From positions 436,604,001 through 436,668,000 of the forward strand of contig NC_067399.1 of the NCBI RefSeq assembly GCF_016432865.1: a stretch of DNA of 64,000 nt. The letters run 5' to 3'. The notes below the pieces were generated by a model. That model saw only the letters and a program-made list of their open reading frames with translations. It did not search any database and was not told the origin of the DNA. This document shows, piece by piece, positions 51,221 to 64,000 of this stretch. Every line of letters begins with the position of its first letter. Positions within the stretch are counted from its first letter, which is position 1. The position numbers were made by a program, and so were the translations under genes. Source of the stretch: Antechinus flavipes (lineage: Eukaryota).

Positions 51221-54200
51221 TAAGTAATAAACTTTGCTATCATGAAATGATTGGGGTTCAATAAAAGGTAAAGCTGACTTGCCAGAATTTAAAATGCTTA
51301 ATATTGTAACGCTCTATTTTCTTACTACAGGATTATGAGCTAAATTGAACCTACTTCTTGCTGTAATTAAACATAGTGAAATTATTTGCAGGATACAAAC
51401 TTCAGTTCTTAGACCTCTACATAAATTATAATAGGTGGTAATTTTTCATTTCTTATTTCCTTTTTGTTTTGTTATTTTCCCCTATTAGTTATAATAGTAA
51501 AATATATGATTTAACAGTGAGTTGGTGAGAGTTTCTGGGGTTTGCTCATTTCTTCATCATGGCCACCTTTTTTTCCCCCTTACCCCATTTTATTCCCAAT
51601 CACTCCTATCCATTTCTAGGAGCCATCAATGCAGTGCCTTGCCAGTAACTGGCAGGATGAGGCAAGTCAGTATCATTATCACTCCATGGAATAACCAGGA
51701 AGGGATGCTGTGTGAGGGGTTGGGCTGGCCGTCTCCTCTTTGGTGTGTTACCTCAACTATGTCCAGTCTCTACTGTCTGATCCTGAACCTTAGTCTCTTG
51801 CTTGGTAAGACAATGAGCTGCCACTACATCATTGGGCCAGCTAAAGGTAAAGTTTTTCAAATTTTTTCTAGTCTACAGCTACCAGCAATTCCAAAACACT
51901 CTTTTTGTCCCATATTTTACTGGGCAACAAGTTCTTTTTCCTCCTCCCTAAAGGCAAGAATGGTCTTCACCATTTTTAAACAAAAATAAAATTAAATACA
52001 AACTGGTAACATAAACCTAAGGTGAAGAAGAAAGCAAATTAGTTGAGTTCTAGTTTGAGTTTGTACCCTGAGGCAGTGGTTAAAGAAGAGCCCTTTGGAC
52101 ATTTTAACTGGGGGTGTTGAGTTTGATTCTTTTGACTGATTATTTAATAAGAAGTATATTTAGCTTTTTTTCATCTGTTGTAGTTCCTGGGTGATCAGGA
52201 AAAAAATATTTGGAAGAGATACAATTTACAATCCATAATTTAAACAGTTTATAAGAAAAAGGGACAGATCTTTGGGAGTCGTTCATTGGTGGTTTCTAAA
52301 ATGATAGTTTTAACTTTCAAATGGTATCATTTTGTATCAAACTTTTTGTATCCAATGTGTTATGGAAGAGTTACCAGGGAATTCATGAACTTAAGAAAAT
52401 TTTCTTATTCTTAGTGTGACTTTGTTTGAGATGAAGCAAACTTTTGGTTTATAGTCCATCTTATTTTTTAGAGCCAAGCCATTTATTTGACTCACAGATG
52501 TATTTTCCTGAGAATAATCTTGAGGTCATTTAAAAATATTTATGGCCTGACATCTATAAAAGGATTTTTAAGTGTTTAACTATGGTGTTAACTATAAACT
52601 AGTTAAAGGCAAAATCAGTATTTAATTGTCATAGTGAAAGCTTTATACTTTTATAAAAGAGAAAGTGAAAAAGAACTACCTTATTAGAACAGTGGTATTC
52701 ATCACTAATAAATCATACTAAACTAACAGAATGTTGGTTTTATTTGATGATTGGTTTTTTTTTTTTTTTTATTCCTGGCATGTGCCAATTATTTTAATTT
52801 TTTTTAAAAAAAGGAAATTTTGATGAAATTCTTCATTGTGAATTTTTATTTGAACAGAATAAAACAAATCAGAAATTAAAATATGTAAGGTTTATTACCT
52901 TACCTTCTTCTTCCTCAGAAAAAAACTCCTCTAATATTAGTAGTTTAAAAGGCATTTTTAATTTTTCAGAAGTAAATAGAAAGATTTTTTTAAATTAGAA
53001 GGTCTGGGTATAGTTCTAGGTTCTAATACTTTCTGACTTTGAGCCTCAGTTCCTTCTTCGATGAAATAGCAATAACAGTGCTTGTGCATAACCCATCTCA
53101 CTGACTTATAAGAAAAGTGCTTTTTAAATCTTAAAGTGCTATAGAAATATGAATACTTTTTATTCAGATATTTACAATCATGTAAACACTGAAACTAATG
53201 GGTAAAAATGCCATAAACTGACAGTATTAATCTTTAATAGAGGCTTCTGATGCTATATTCCAAGTAGAATTTTGAAAATTTTCATTTTTTAATAATTATT
53301 TTGCTTTAGAAACATACTAATCATTTTTATTAGAGTATTAAGATCAGAGTGAAAGAAGAATCTAAGGAAAGGAAAGATCGATACATTAGAATTAGAGGGT
53401 TTTTTCTGGATCACATCCCCCCAACTTACTGTTTCCCTTTTTTATTGTTATTCTTATGGTCCATTGAGTTTTCCCTATCACAAAATCTTTGTTCTTTACT
53501 TTTCTTTCATCCCTCACTTTAATTTTCCATATTTATTTCTACCTTTATACTTTTGATTCTTCTGCTTTATAAAAAAAAAAAAAAATGGGAGGAAGGGTGC
53601 TTCTTCATTTAATCTACCCTTATCCTACCCATTCTTTGCAATCAACTTTGTGAAAGATTTACACACCTTAGGGAAACAGTAAGGTTTCCCTTACTGTGAA
53701 GATCTTTGGCATGTACAGACAATCTGTAACATAGTATATTATATTTACTTATAAGCATACATGATGGAGAAACTGTACCACCAACTATGTATGTTATTTT
53801 AGATATCACTTCCTTTCCTCAGGGCTTCAGAGACCTTTTCTGTAAAATTGAGGAGATTCATAAAAAGATTATTTGTTCCAAGCTCTAATATTCTTTCATA
53901 TGAATGATAAGTGAGAGAGCCGGTAGCAGAACCCATCTTTCTGATACCCAACACCAAGATGTTTCTCAACTTAAGAGAAATAGAAAAAGATGTTAACACC
54001 ATTTTCAGTCATATATTGATAACATTTTTTTGGCTGTTGGTTCTAGGGAAGAGGGATATTATTTTTATCACTTTTGTCTTCTTGTTATACATAAATATTC
54101 ACAGAATTAATAGTTTTCTATCACCAATATTTATTTCAAATGTACAAATATTCAATTTCTTAATCCCTCTCCAAAAATCCAAGCTGTTGAATCAAAATAA

Positions 54201-55730
54201 TGATGATTTGGTTTCTAACTCAGTTTTATGAAGTATTTAATCTTTTAAAAAGTTATTGTTAGATTTTGCAAAATTGGAAGATGTTATCAGGTTCTTGTCA
54301 CAAAATGCCTAATATATCATTCTTCTTTTTCCTTTCTCCAATACTATATAAGTAGGAGAATCTTGTGCTAATCCTCTTGTTACTTTTGCATTAGATTAAC
54401 TATTCTTACATGAAAAGAAAAAAAAAGCCATGGGCCATGGTTTTCTTATATGTAAAATGACCTATATATAAAGCTCCTTCTAATCATACTATGATTTTTT
54501 TGGTGGAAGTTACTACCTGTTTTATGTGGTTCAAACTCCAGATTCTACTACAGAACATACTTTTGTGCAGGAGACTCATTGTTTCTTTTACATTTAACTT
54601 TATATGTAGTTTCTTGATGTTATAGAAAGAACACTGGACTGGGTATCAGAAGGTTTAGTTCATAGCTGCAGCTCTGCAACTGTAATAATATAGTCTTGGG
54701 TAAGATACATCATGTCCCAAGCCTCAACTTCGTTATGCATAAGATGAATATCACCTTTTTTGTACTAGGATTCTATGATATTCTATTCTAAAGAAAATAG
54801 TTTACTATTGCTTTTAAGCAGCTTGTCAAATTGAGCAAATGGTACTTTGGTTTATACTATTTTATAAGCCAAAAGAAAAAAATTTACAGAGGAAAAAAAC
54901 AGGAACTTTAATTCGAATAGATAATTCAAGTCTATGTCATTGTGAATATATCTTTGATAGTTTTGGTTCTTCTCTTTTAATCATCTTGGACTTTGGTTAA
55001 GGCAGGAAAAGAAGTACTAAAAGAAAAAGATCTTGGAATTGATATCTTATATTTCCCAATTCATGGAATATGAACATATATTCATTATATGTGGAGAACA
55101 TACTATTTCACTTCAAAAGCTTGGTAATTTCAAATATGGATACTTCCTCCAGTGCAGATCAGATCACAATTCCTTGATGACTTTCATGAATTTGTGTTTT
55201 TAAAAAAATGAACACTTTAGCAGTCTGTCTTCTCATTCTGTTACCTAGAATGACCTGTGGATAGCAGATGGCCCTATGGCCTCATTTTCAAAGCCTTTCT
55301 TGATTGATAGGACCTTTCCTGAATATTTGTATGTGTGTTTAGTTTGTATAGCTGTTACAGACACTACTCTAATTCTTCTTTGGCACATGGGGAAGTCTAG
55401 AATCTCAAAGGCCATGCCTCAGGAGTACAATTCTGATAAGTTTGGGCAAAAAGTAGAGGAGGTACAGTGTAACTATTGTCTGAGTACCAGCACAATATAA
55501 TTCTCAGAGACTTATTATCAGAAAATTGCCCACAGGATCATGAAAGTATCATTATCATTATTACTATTTTGTTACAGCAGTTTATGAAACTGCACTAAGT
55601 GTACAAAGGGGTTGTAGTCTGTCTTAATGAAAGGAATCCCTTAATTGATAAAATGATAGCTATTTTGAAATATTTTCAAGTACACATGCTTTTGTGTGTG
55701 TACATATACATAAGAACTACACACACATAG

Positions 55731-55769
<39 letters not shown>

Positions 55770-55790
55770 GTGTGTGTGTATATGTGTGAG
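55731..55790 (+). repeat. (GT)n microsatellite
   Basis: Direct reading. Confidence 0.9.
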
Positions 55791-57050
55791 AGAGCGACCA
55801 TGAGCGAATGTGAGTGGGGGGGAGAGAGGGGGAAAGGGAGGTGGGGAGAGAGAGAGGGAAATAGAGAAATCTTGGTTGGAGTTTTGGTTTTTTTTTTTTT
55901 TTTTCCAAACTATATCTGATACTCCCTGTGTAACCCTGGGCAAGTCACTAACCCTTCCTGAGCCTTATCTTCCTCTGTAAAATGAGGAATCTGGATTAAG
56001 TGATCTCGAAGGCTCTCTCCAGCTTGGACACATCCCTGAACAAGTCATTGAATCTTAGTGCCCTCAGGTAACTATCCAAGACTGGACTATATGGAACAGT
56101 TGATCTACATTGGCAGGGGAAGTGTCCTCAATGGCGTTCTCTACATGAATGATATGAAATCATAGATCCAGACCGAAAAGAATTTTTAAAAATAATCATG
56201 AAATAGGTAATCCTAGTATATGTCTACTTCCTGGACCTTTAACTTTATTTTAGAAAATGCTTGCATTATGATATTTCTCATTTCTATTTTTTCCTATTCC
56301 ATATTTCATCTTAGACGGACTATATTATGCTTCTCTTTCTCTTCTTTTATAGTTCCTAGGATGTATAAAAATATTTCTTTGCAATAATAGATGCTTTTCT
56401 CTGTTTGAAATTTATAAAACTAAGATCTTTTGTACAATATTATATGCTTTATTGGCATAAAGTATATAATAGGTAACTCTTGACTTGAATATAGTTTCAG
56501 TGGCCTAAATTCACAATTCCACATATAAAAAGTAACCAATTTAGGCACTATTTTTTGACATAGAATTGTTATACTTACAAACTAATTACTTTTATACTTG
56601 GGAGAAAGTAGGAATGGTGTAGTACTTGGGAAACTCACTGAGTTTGACTCTTGGCTCTGCCATTTGTTCATGGGGCCCTGGCAAGACCCATCCTCAGTAG
56701 AGTCAGTGTTGGAGTCAGAAGAGCAGGAGCCTCCTTTGGAGGGAAATTAAGTAACTTGCCTAAGATCACACAATCAGAAAATGGCAGAGCAGGACCTCTG
56801 AAGTGGGAATGATTGTATCTATATTTTCTATTTTATGCAGTTGTTGTGAGATCAAACTCACTGATATGCAAAGGGCATTTGAAAATGTAAAAAGCTAGCT
56901 GAATATAAAGTTATAATTACTATCTGCTAGAAGACAGTATACACAGAAGGTCTATAAGTGGTGTTTATTTTAAATAGAGGCAATTCTAATAGAACTCAAA
57001 TTCAAGTAGTCTCATTTAAAATGTTACCTATGTTTGATACTCTAAGTTAA

Positions 57051-57374
<324 letters not shown>

Positions 57375-57529
57375 TAATATTTTCATGAATATATAATATT
57401 AGATAGCTTACATTTTGTTATGCTTTTACAATCCCTTAAGTAAAGTTTATTACTTTCTCTTCTAAGTTTTCTTCCTTTAGTTCTTTTCTCTGTAGTTTAA
57501 AATTGTTGATATATTTCTTTCTTTCTTTT

Positions 57530-57681
57530 TCATTTTTCTTTTTTTTTTCCCTGAGGCAGCTGGGGTTAAGTGACTTGCCCAGAGTCACACAGGAAATGTT
57601 AAGTGTCTGAGGTCAGATTTGAACTCAGGTTCTCCTGACTTCAGGGCTGGTGCTCTATCCACTGTGTCACCTAGCTGCCCT
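57530..57681 (-). mobile_element. WSINE1, antisense
   Basis: Reverse WSINE1 body ending CTAGCTGCCC, with T-rich tail. Confidence 0.85.
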
Positions 57682-58380
57682 AGTATATTTCTTTTAGGTA
57701 TTCAAGTAGTCCTTGAGGAAAATCCATTTTTTATTTTGTATAACAGTTGTTATGAAGTTAGTCCATTAGGGGAATGTCTTAGTTTACAATGACTTTTTTA
57801 TACTAGCAAGTGTTTTCTTTTATCTTTTCAGCTTTAGTCCCTGAATACTAATTTAGTCCCTAATTTAGTCCCTAAATATTAATCCTTTGTGTCAGGCTCA
57901 TGTTCCACCCCATGCTGTTTTGCTGGGTATGATGGCTGGCCTTACTTTAGCTTGCCACAGGTCATCTAGGTTTATGTGCTCACCTACATCTCTGAGTTAG
58001 ACTCTCCTTTGTATCTTTGAGAGTCATATCACTGGATCCTGAGGACTTTGGGTAACATTGAAGGGCAAATTGTTAAGGATCTAGGAAACCTAGAAGCTTG
58101 GGCTATCCCAGTATGAATGCTGCTGCTCCTTTGAGTTTTCAAGGGTTTTCATCTCCCTAACTCTTTTTTGGTGGAAGGGTGGGAGAGAGCTTTATATGGT
58201 CTTACTGATTATTTAATTCTTGCTCTGCTTTAAAATATTAATTATCTATTATACACAAAAGATGTAGCAAAATAATTGATAGTAAGTTTCCATTTTTAAA
58301 TGAATTTTCTGTAAATGTTTAAAAGTAAGATTTTAAAAATATATCGTTATTCTAAATGAGAATGAATTTTCTCTTCCCAG

Positions 58381-58439
58381 ATAATTAGCTTATTGAATGT
58401 GTTCACACCACAGAAATCTCTAGAAGAATTTCAAGATGT
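58381..58439 (+). CDS. MAPK9: MAPK9 exon 4 (IISLLNVFTPQKSLEEFQDV)
   Basis: CCCAG acceptor, GT|GTAAGT donor, 59 nt. Confidence 0.96.
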
Positions 58440-59482
58440 GTAAGTATTCTTATTTCTACTCATATCTTTAGCTAATATATTTTTAAATAACTAGAGAAGT
58501 GTAACCAAAAGACTAAGAAAGGCAACTATTTTCCTACTTGTCACTTTTTAAAAATATCTAATAAAAATCTCCTAAGGATAGAGTCCTTGTTTTGACACGT
58601 CCTCTGTTGAAATGAAAATTTTGCAATTATATTGTTTATTCAATTTTCTTTAATCATTAAGATTAGTTATAAATGCATCTCTGTACACTATGGAGAAATG
58701 CCTGAAAAGACTTAATTTAAAAAAAAAGAACTAATTACCTTCTTTAGGAGGAAGCACATTATAACTACAATATATGAAGCTTTGTTCATAATCAATGTTA
58801 ATAACCAAATAATTATAGATCTTTTCTGGAACATTAAATTATGCTATTTCTGATCAGTTACTGTATTATATACAAAAGAAATTACTATTTGTAACTGATT
58901 AGTAAATAAAAATGCTTTCTTCCAAAAATCATGAAGAAGAATCTTAATTTTTTATATTACTATATGTTATGTTAATACTTATGACATATGGAAACCTTTG
59001 AAAGTAGCTTGTTGTCATAGATAGTGTTGAGTTTGGAATAGTATGCACAGGATTCAAATCCTGTTTCCAATATTTATTCATTTTTTGAATTTAAATCGAT
59101 CACTTTGTGCCTCAAGAAATTCCTAGGATTTAACTGCTAAGTTTAGTAGGCATTATAATCTGCCCTGATTGAGTTGGAAGGAGGTCCTGAAAGCTGCCAA
59201 AATTACATATCCTTTGCATTTTCCAATATTGGGGACCTGTATCACATGACATGTTATTTAATATAATAAGCTATAGATTCCATTTATGTTCTTTGAAATA
59301 CAATTTTTTATTAACCATGACACATTCTTCATTTCTCTGATACTTGATAGTTCATTATGTTTCTAGAAAACTCAAAAAATAATTTTATTGGCAATTTTTA
59401 AGCTAGCCAATGTAATAAATAGCCAGATAAGATTTACTGTGATTTTCTACAGGTTTCAGTTGAATATACATTCTTTAAATAG

Positions 59483-59890
<408 letters not shown>

Positions 59891-61291
59891 TAAAATGTTT
59901 CCATTTTCATTACTTTTATTGTTCTAGGTCCAAGATTTAAATATAGGATAAATTACTTCAACTAACAGAGAACAGGGATCCTGAAAATTGACAGTTAATA
60001 ACAGCTGAAATCAGAGAATTTCAGAATTAGGAGAGACCATAGATATTTTCTGATTCAACTTACACAGTATCCCTGACAAGTAGACATCCAACCACTTCTT
60101 AACCACCTCCAAGGACAGAGAGTTGACTATCTACCTAGGCAGTTCATTGTTTAAGGATGTTTTCCCTTTGTTTTGAATTAACAGCTTACTCTCTACAGAT
60201 CTACTTTGAATATTGATATGATATCCTGTAAATGTTATTCCTGTTAAACTTTTCCACTTTCTACAACAGATTCTTTCCAATATCTTTTCCCATCTTAGTT
60301 ACCTTCCTGGTTTTGTTTCAATTTAATATCCCTATTAAAAAGATATGCCTAGACCTGATCATATTGCTATAAATATAACATGACTATGGCAGAAAACACA
60401 TCAGACCCTCCACTACTTTAGTGGCTTTCAAGCTACTTACAAATAAGATAGGGTTTATGGCATTTCTTGAATTGTTGCATTATTGTTTTGAACCATAATT
60501 GAACATTTTAAAAAGTTTCTTTTTGAATTGCACATGCATGGATATATGTACATATATGTTAAACATACATCTACATTTAATTGCATATGCATACATATGA
60601 CATATACTTGAACAGATAATTCTCCCTTTATGATAATTCTCTCAAGACATTTTGTAATGAGATTTTGGAGTGGGAAATTAAATATTACATCAAATGTAGA
60701 ACCAGTGATCCTGAGCCACAGGAAACACTCCTGTGGTGGTCTGAAAAGCATCAAGAAAGGAGGAGAGTAATTATGTAAGACAAAGTCCTTAAGTTTGAAA
60801 AAGGCTGCAGGGTCCTTAAAAAATAGCATCTGATTCTATAGGCAACATACCCAGGTCTTCCCTCTCTAGTAATTATTTTCACCACAGTTCTCTGGAGGTT
60901 CTGTCCCCCTTCCCTCCTTTCCCCCCCTCCACCCCAAGAAATGTTTGATGCCAGTGAAGACAATGGATTTGCTTCGTATAAATTCTAGCCATTTTTCCTA
61001 TACTGTATTTATTTCATAAAACAAGGAATACTTGTTTTAATAAATAGAAGTTTTTTCTAACTTGTTTTTAATATTCTGTCATCTGATTACTGCGTACTTA
61101 AACTTTAAATTAATGAAAAAGTAATTGTTAGTGTTTGTCATATGTAAAGCAGTGTTAAACTATGAGGAAGCAAATGGAAAAGCAAGACAGATTATGAGTA
61201 TTTTTGTCAAAAAATATTGTGTAAGTCAAAATATATGTATTATTTTCCCATTTTTAATTCACTGTACTGATTTAATTCATTGGTTTATTAG

Positions 61292-61516
<225 letters not shown>

Positions 61517-62447
61517 TGATTTATTTATTAGTGATTTTAAATTTGAATATACAATTGTGATTGCTTATGTTACTTATTTTGGTTTAAAAAAATGACTTCA
61601 AAATTAATTTTAAATCTGAAAATGTGTGATTCCTAAAATAAGAAAGATGTTTTCTCAATTTTTAACTTTTGTTTTCTTAAGATTCTATATTATTTTAAAA
61701 GGAGTTAAGCCTATTTTAACTTGCCCATAAACAATAGAAGCCTAAATTCAGTGTAGTCACAAGTAACAAAATGAGTTTCTTCTTGTTTCCATAAACATTC
61801 TCCAACTTATTCCCTCCCTCATATTGACTTAAACTCGGTCATAACAGACCTGATACTTATTTTTTAAAATGCCCCACACAAATAAAATAATGGTTACCAG
61901 CTAACCCTTTCTTATTTATCCCTGTCTCCTTATAAATATTGTATTCTTGGACAAAACTTTTCATGCCTTTTGATGATGAGTTTATCCTGGGCTTAAAAGA
62001 AGTTACATTATTTTATCATCAGTAATTGCTAAAGAGAAATACTTGACTGAAGTTACTTCTTGGATTTTAGGTTTTTTATGTTTTAAAATGAGGAAATTGT
62101 ACTTACATGATTTCAAAGGGTTTTTTTGACTCTAACTCTTATCAAATTGGGATAAACTTCTGGAATTGCTCTGACATTGTAGTCCTATATGGATGCATAT
62201 AGCTAAAGAGAGCCCCCTGCTGGATGTTGCAGTTTGAAATATTTCCATTTGAATCTGAGATGAATACTTTAAGAAGTATAAGAATGCCAAATTACCAACT
62301 TAATCATTTTTCAGAACATTGTAAAAACTCTAAATTGAGTTATTTTAAGTTGTTTGAGATAGAGTGAGGATGATGGGGTTCTTTCTATGTTTTTGTTGTT
62401 TTGAAGATGTGTTGGGGACAAAGGAGGTATGGGGTATCTTTGGTTAA

Positions 62448-62579
<132 letters not shown>

Positions 62580-62836
62580 TAAATTTATGAAGTAAATTAC
62601 TCAGGATGGAAATTGGTCTTCAGATTAGTTTATCATGTACTTAATAGCATGTTTTAAGAGAAGTATTAAGTATTACAGTCAATACTACAATTCAATTTTT
62701 ATCAAATTGAAAACGATAAAAAAGCAGAGTTCATGCTGTGTCTTTAGCTAGTTGTTTATTTTTCCATATTTATGTGTCTAGTATAGAAGCTAGAATTCCT
62801 TTTTCCCGCCTTTATTTTGTTCATGGCACTTCATAA

Positions 62837-63064
<228 letters not shown>

Positions 63065-64000
63065 TGATCTTATTCTGATGTTTGTTAAATTAATATCACT
63101 AACCAAGCTGCACATATTTTAACTTTCATTCCTAAATTCTTTACTGTGCTAAGCTCTACTGCTTAAATATTAATGTCTTTACTCCAGGAGCTATTACAAT
63201 AAATAACACATTGGCATTTAAATGCATTTTAAAAGCATGTAGATATATAGGAATACAACCATGTTAAAGAATAAGATATAAATTGCCCATCAGATTAGTT
63301 AATTTGTCTAGGAAAGTGGCTATTTCAAACGCAGTCAGGATGTTGTGCTTAAAAGATTCTACTAATATGCTGTGTTTGTTAAAATTATCAAAATGCACTA
63401 ATAATCTTCTGTTTAGAAACTAGGACCAACAGCACATTAAGTGAGACCCAAACAGGAACTATTCCAATGAGATTAAAAAGTTGTGGCAAATTTTAATTTT
63501 AATTCTTACTTGGGAATTTTTTTTTTTTAAATCACCCCAGTGTATGTGCTTGTTTTTTTTTGTTTTGTTTTTCTTTTTAACAATGGTTATTTTGCTCTGG
63601 CATATTACAAATACAATAGGAACATAAACTTCAAATTTTAAAATTAATAGACAGTCAAGTTATTCATGTTAACATCATTAAGCAGGGGAAAAAATCAAAT
63701 TTAACATTTTCTGTATGCCATTTCTTGTATGTAGAGTCATGCTTTCATCATGTGAATGCTTTTCATCCTAACCATTTCTCATTATGATAATCATTGAATA
63801 TTTTCATTAGTTTTCATTTTAAAAAATTAAGATAGTTTGTCAGTTGACAGATATTCTTTGTTTTTCTAATTAATCAACCTGTCTTCAATATCATATATAT
63901 TATGTCAACATACTTTTTTTTTAGATCTTTTTATTGGGGTGATTTTTCCAGGTGAAATAGAGAGAAAATTCTTAAGCAACAGATACTGTTTTGAAAGGGC

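Noticed and set aside
57835-57880. Short tandem repeat of AATTTAGTCCCT
   Set aside because: Ordinary two-to-three-unit slippage repeat.
60660-60890. Plus-strand peptide EIKYYIK...DPEPQETLLWWSEKHQE, vaguely like a hAT transposase dimerisation domain
   Set aside because: The resemblance rests on a few residues and the frame is broken; a profile-HMM search would be needed and I cannot run it.

Overview
Eukaryotic genomic DNA from an Australian marsupial. WSINE1, Mar-type SINEs and the L1 3' ends point most likely to a dasyuromorph; the species is inferred, not determined. The + strand carries two genes head-to-tail, as in other amniotes. (1) The 3' two-thirds of GFPT2: coding exons 7-19 by human numbering, 456-20564, summing to 1515 nt = 504 codons + stop. 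Intron 10 needs a GC donor, and candidate poly(A) signals lie at 21401 and 21525. (2) The 5' half of MAPK9/JNK2: CpG-island promoter and non-coding exon 1 (~37.1-37.4 kb), coding exons from 51098, and the mutually exclusive beta/alpha exon pair (62488-62559, 62862-62933), each followed by a U12-type donor. The ~15.5 kb intergenic region is crowded with LTR elements: two related solo LTRs, an LTR-like insert in an L1, and a 3.7 kb betaretrovirus-like provirus (31722-35400, minus strand, 6-bp TSD GGAAGT) that keeps gag but lacks pro, RT, most of IN and env. Most notable observations: an ~80-bp inverted copy of the provirus's own gag 3' end inside the 5' LTR only; repeated hairpins and tandem repeats in the provirus 3' region; a decayed ~150-185 bp foldback palindrome just upstream of the MAPK9 promoter; and a young 113-bp tandem duplication that copies the MAPK9 exon 5 donor and makes a decoy donor one base closer to consensus than the real one. 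All alignments and counts were done by eye. Repeat family names and most repeat boundaries are approximate.
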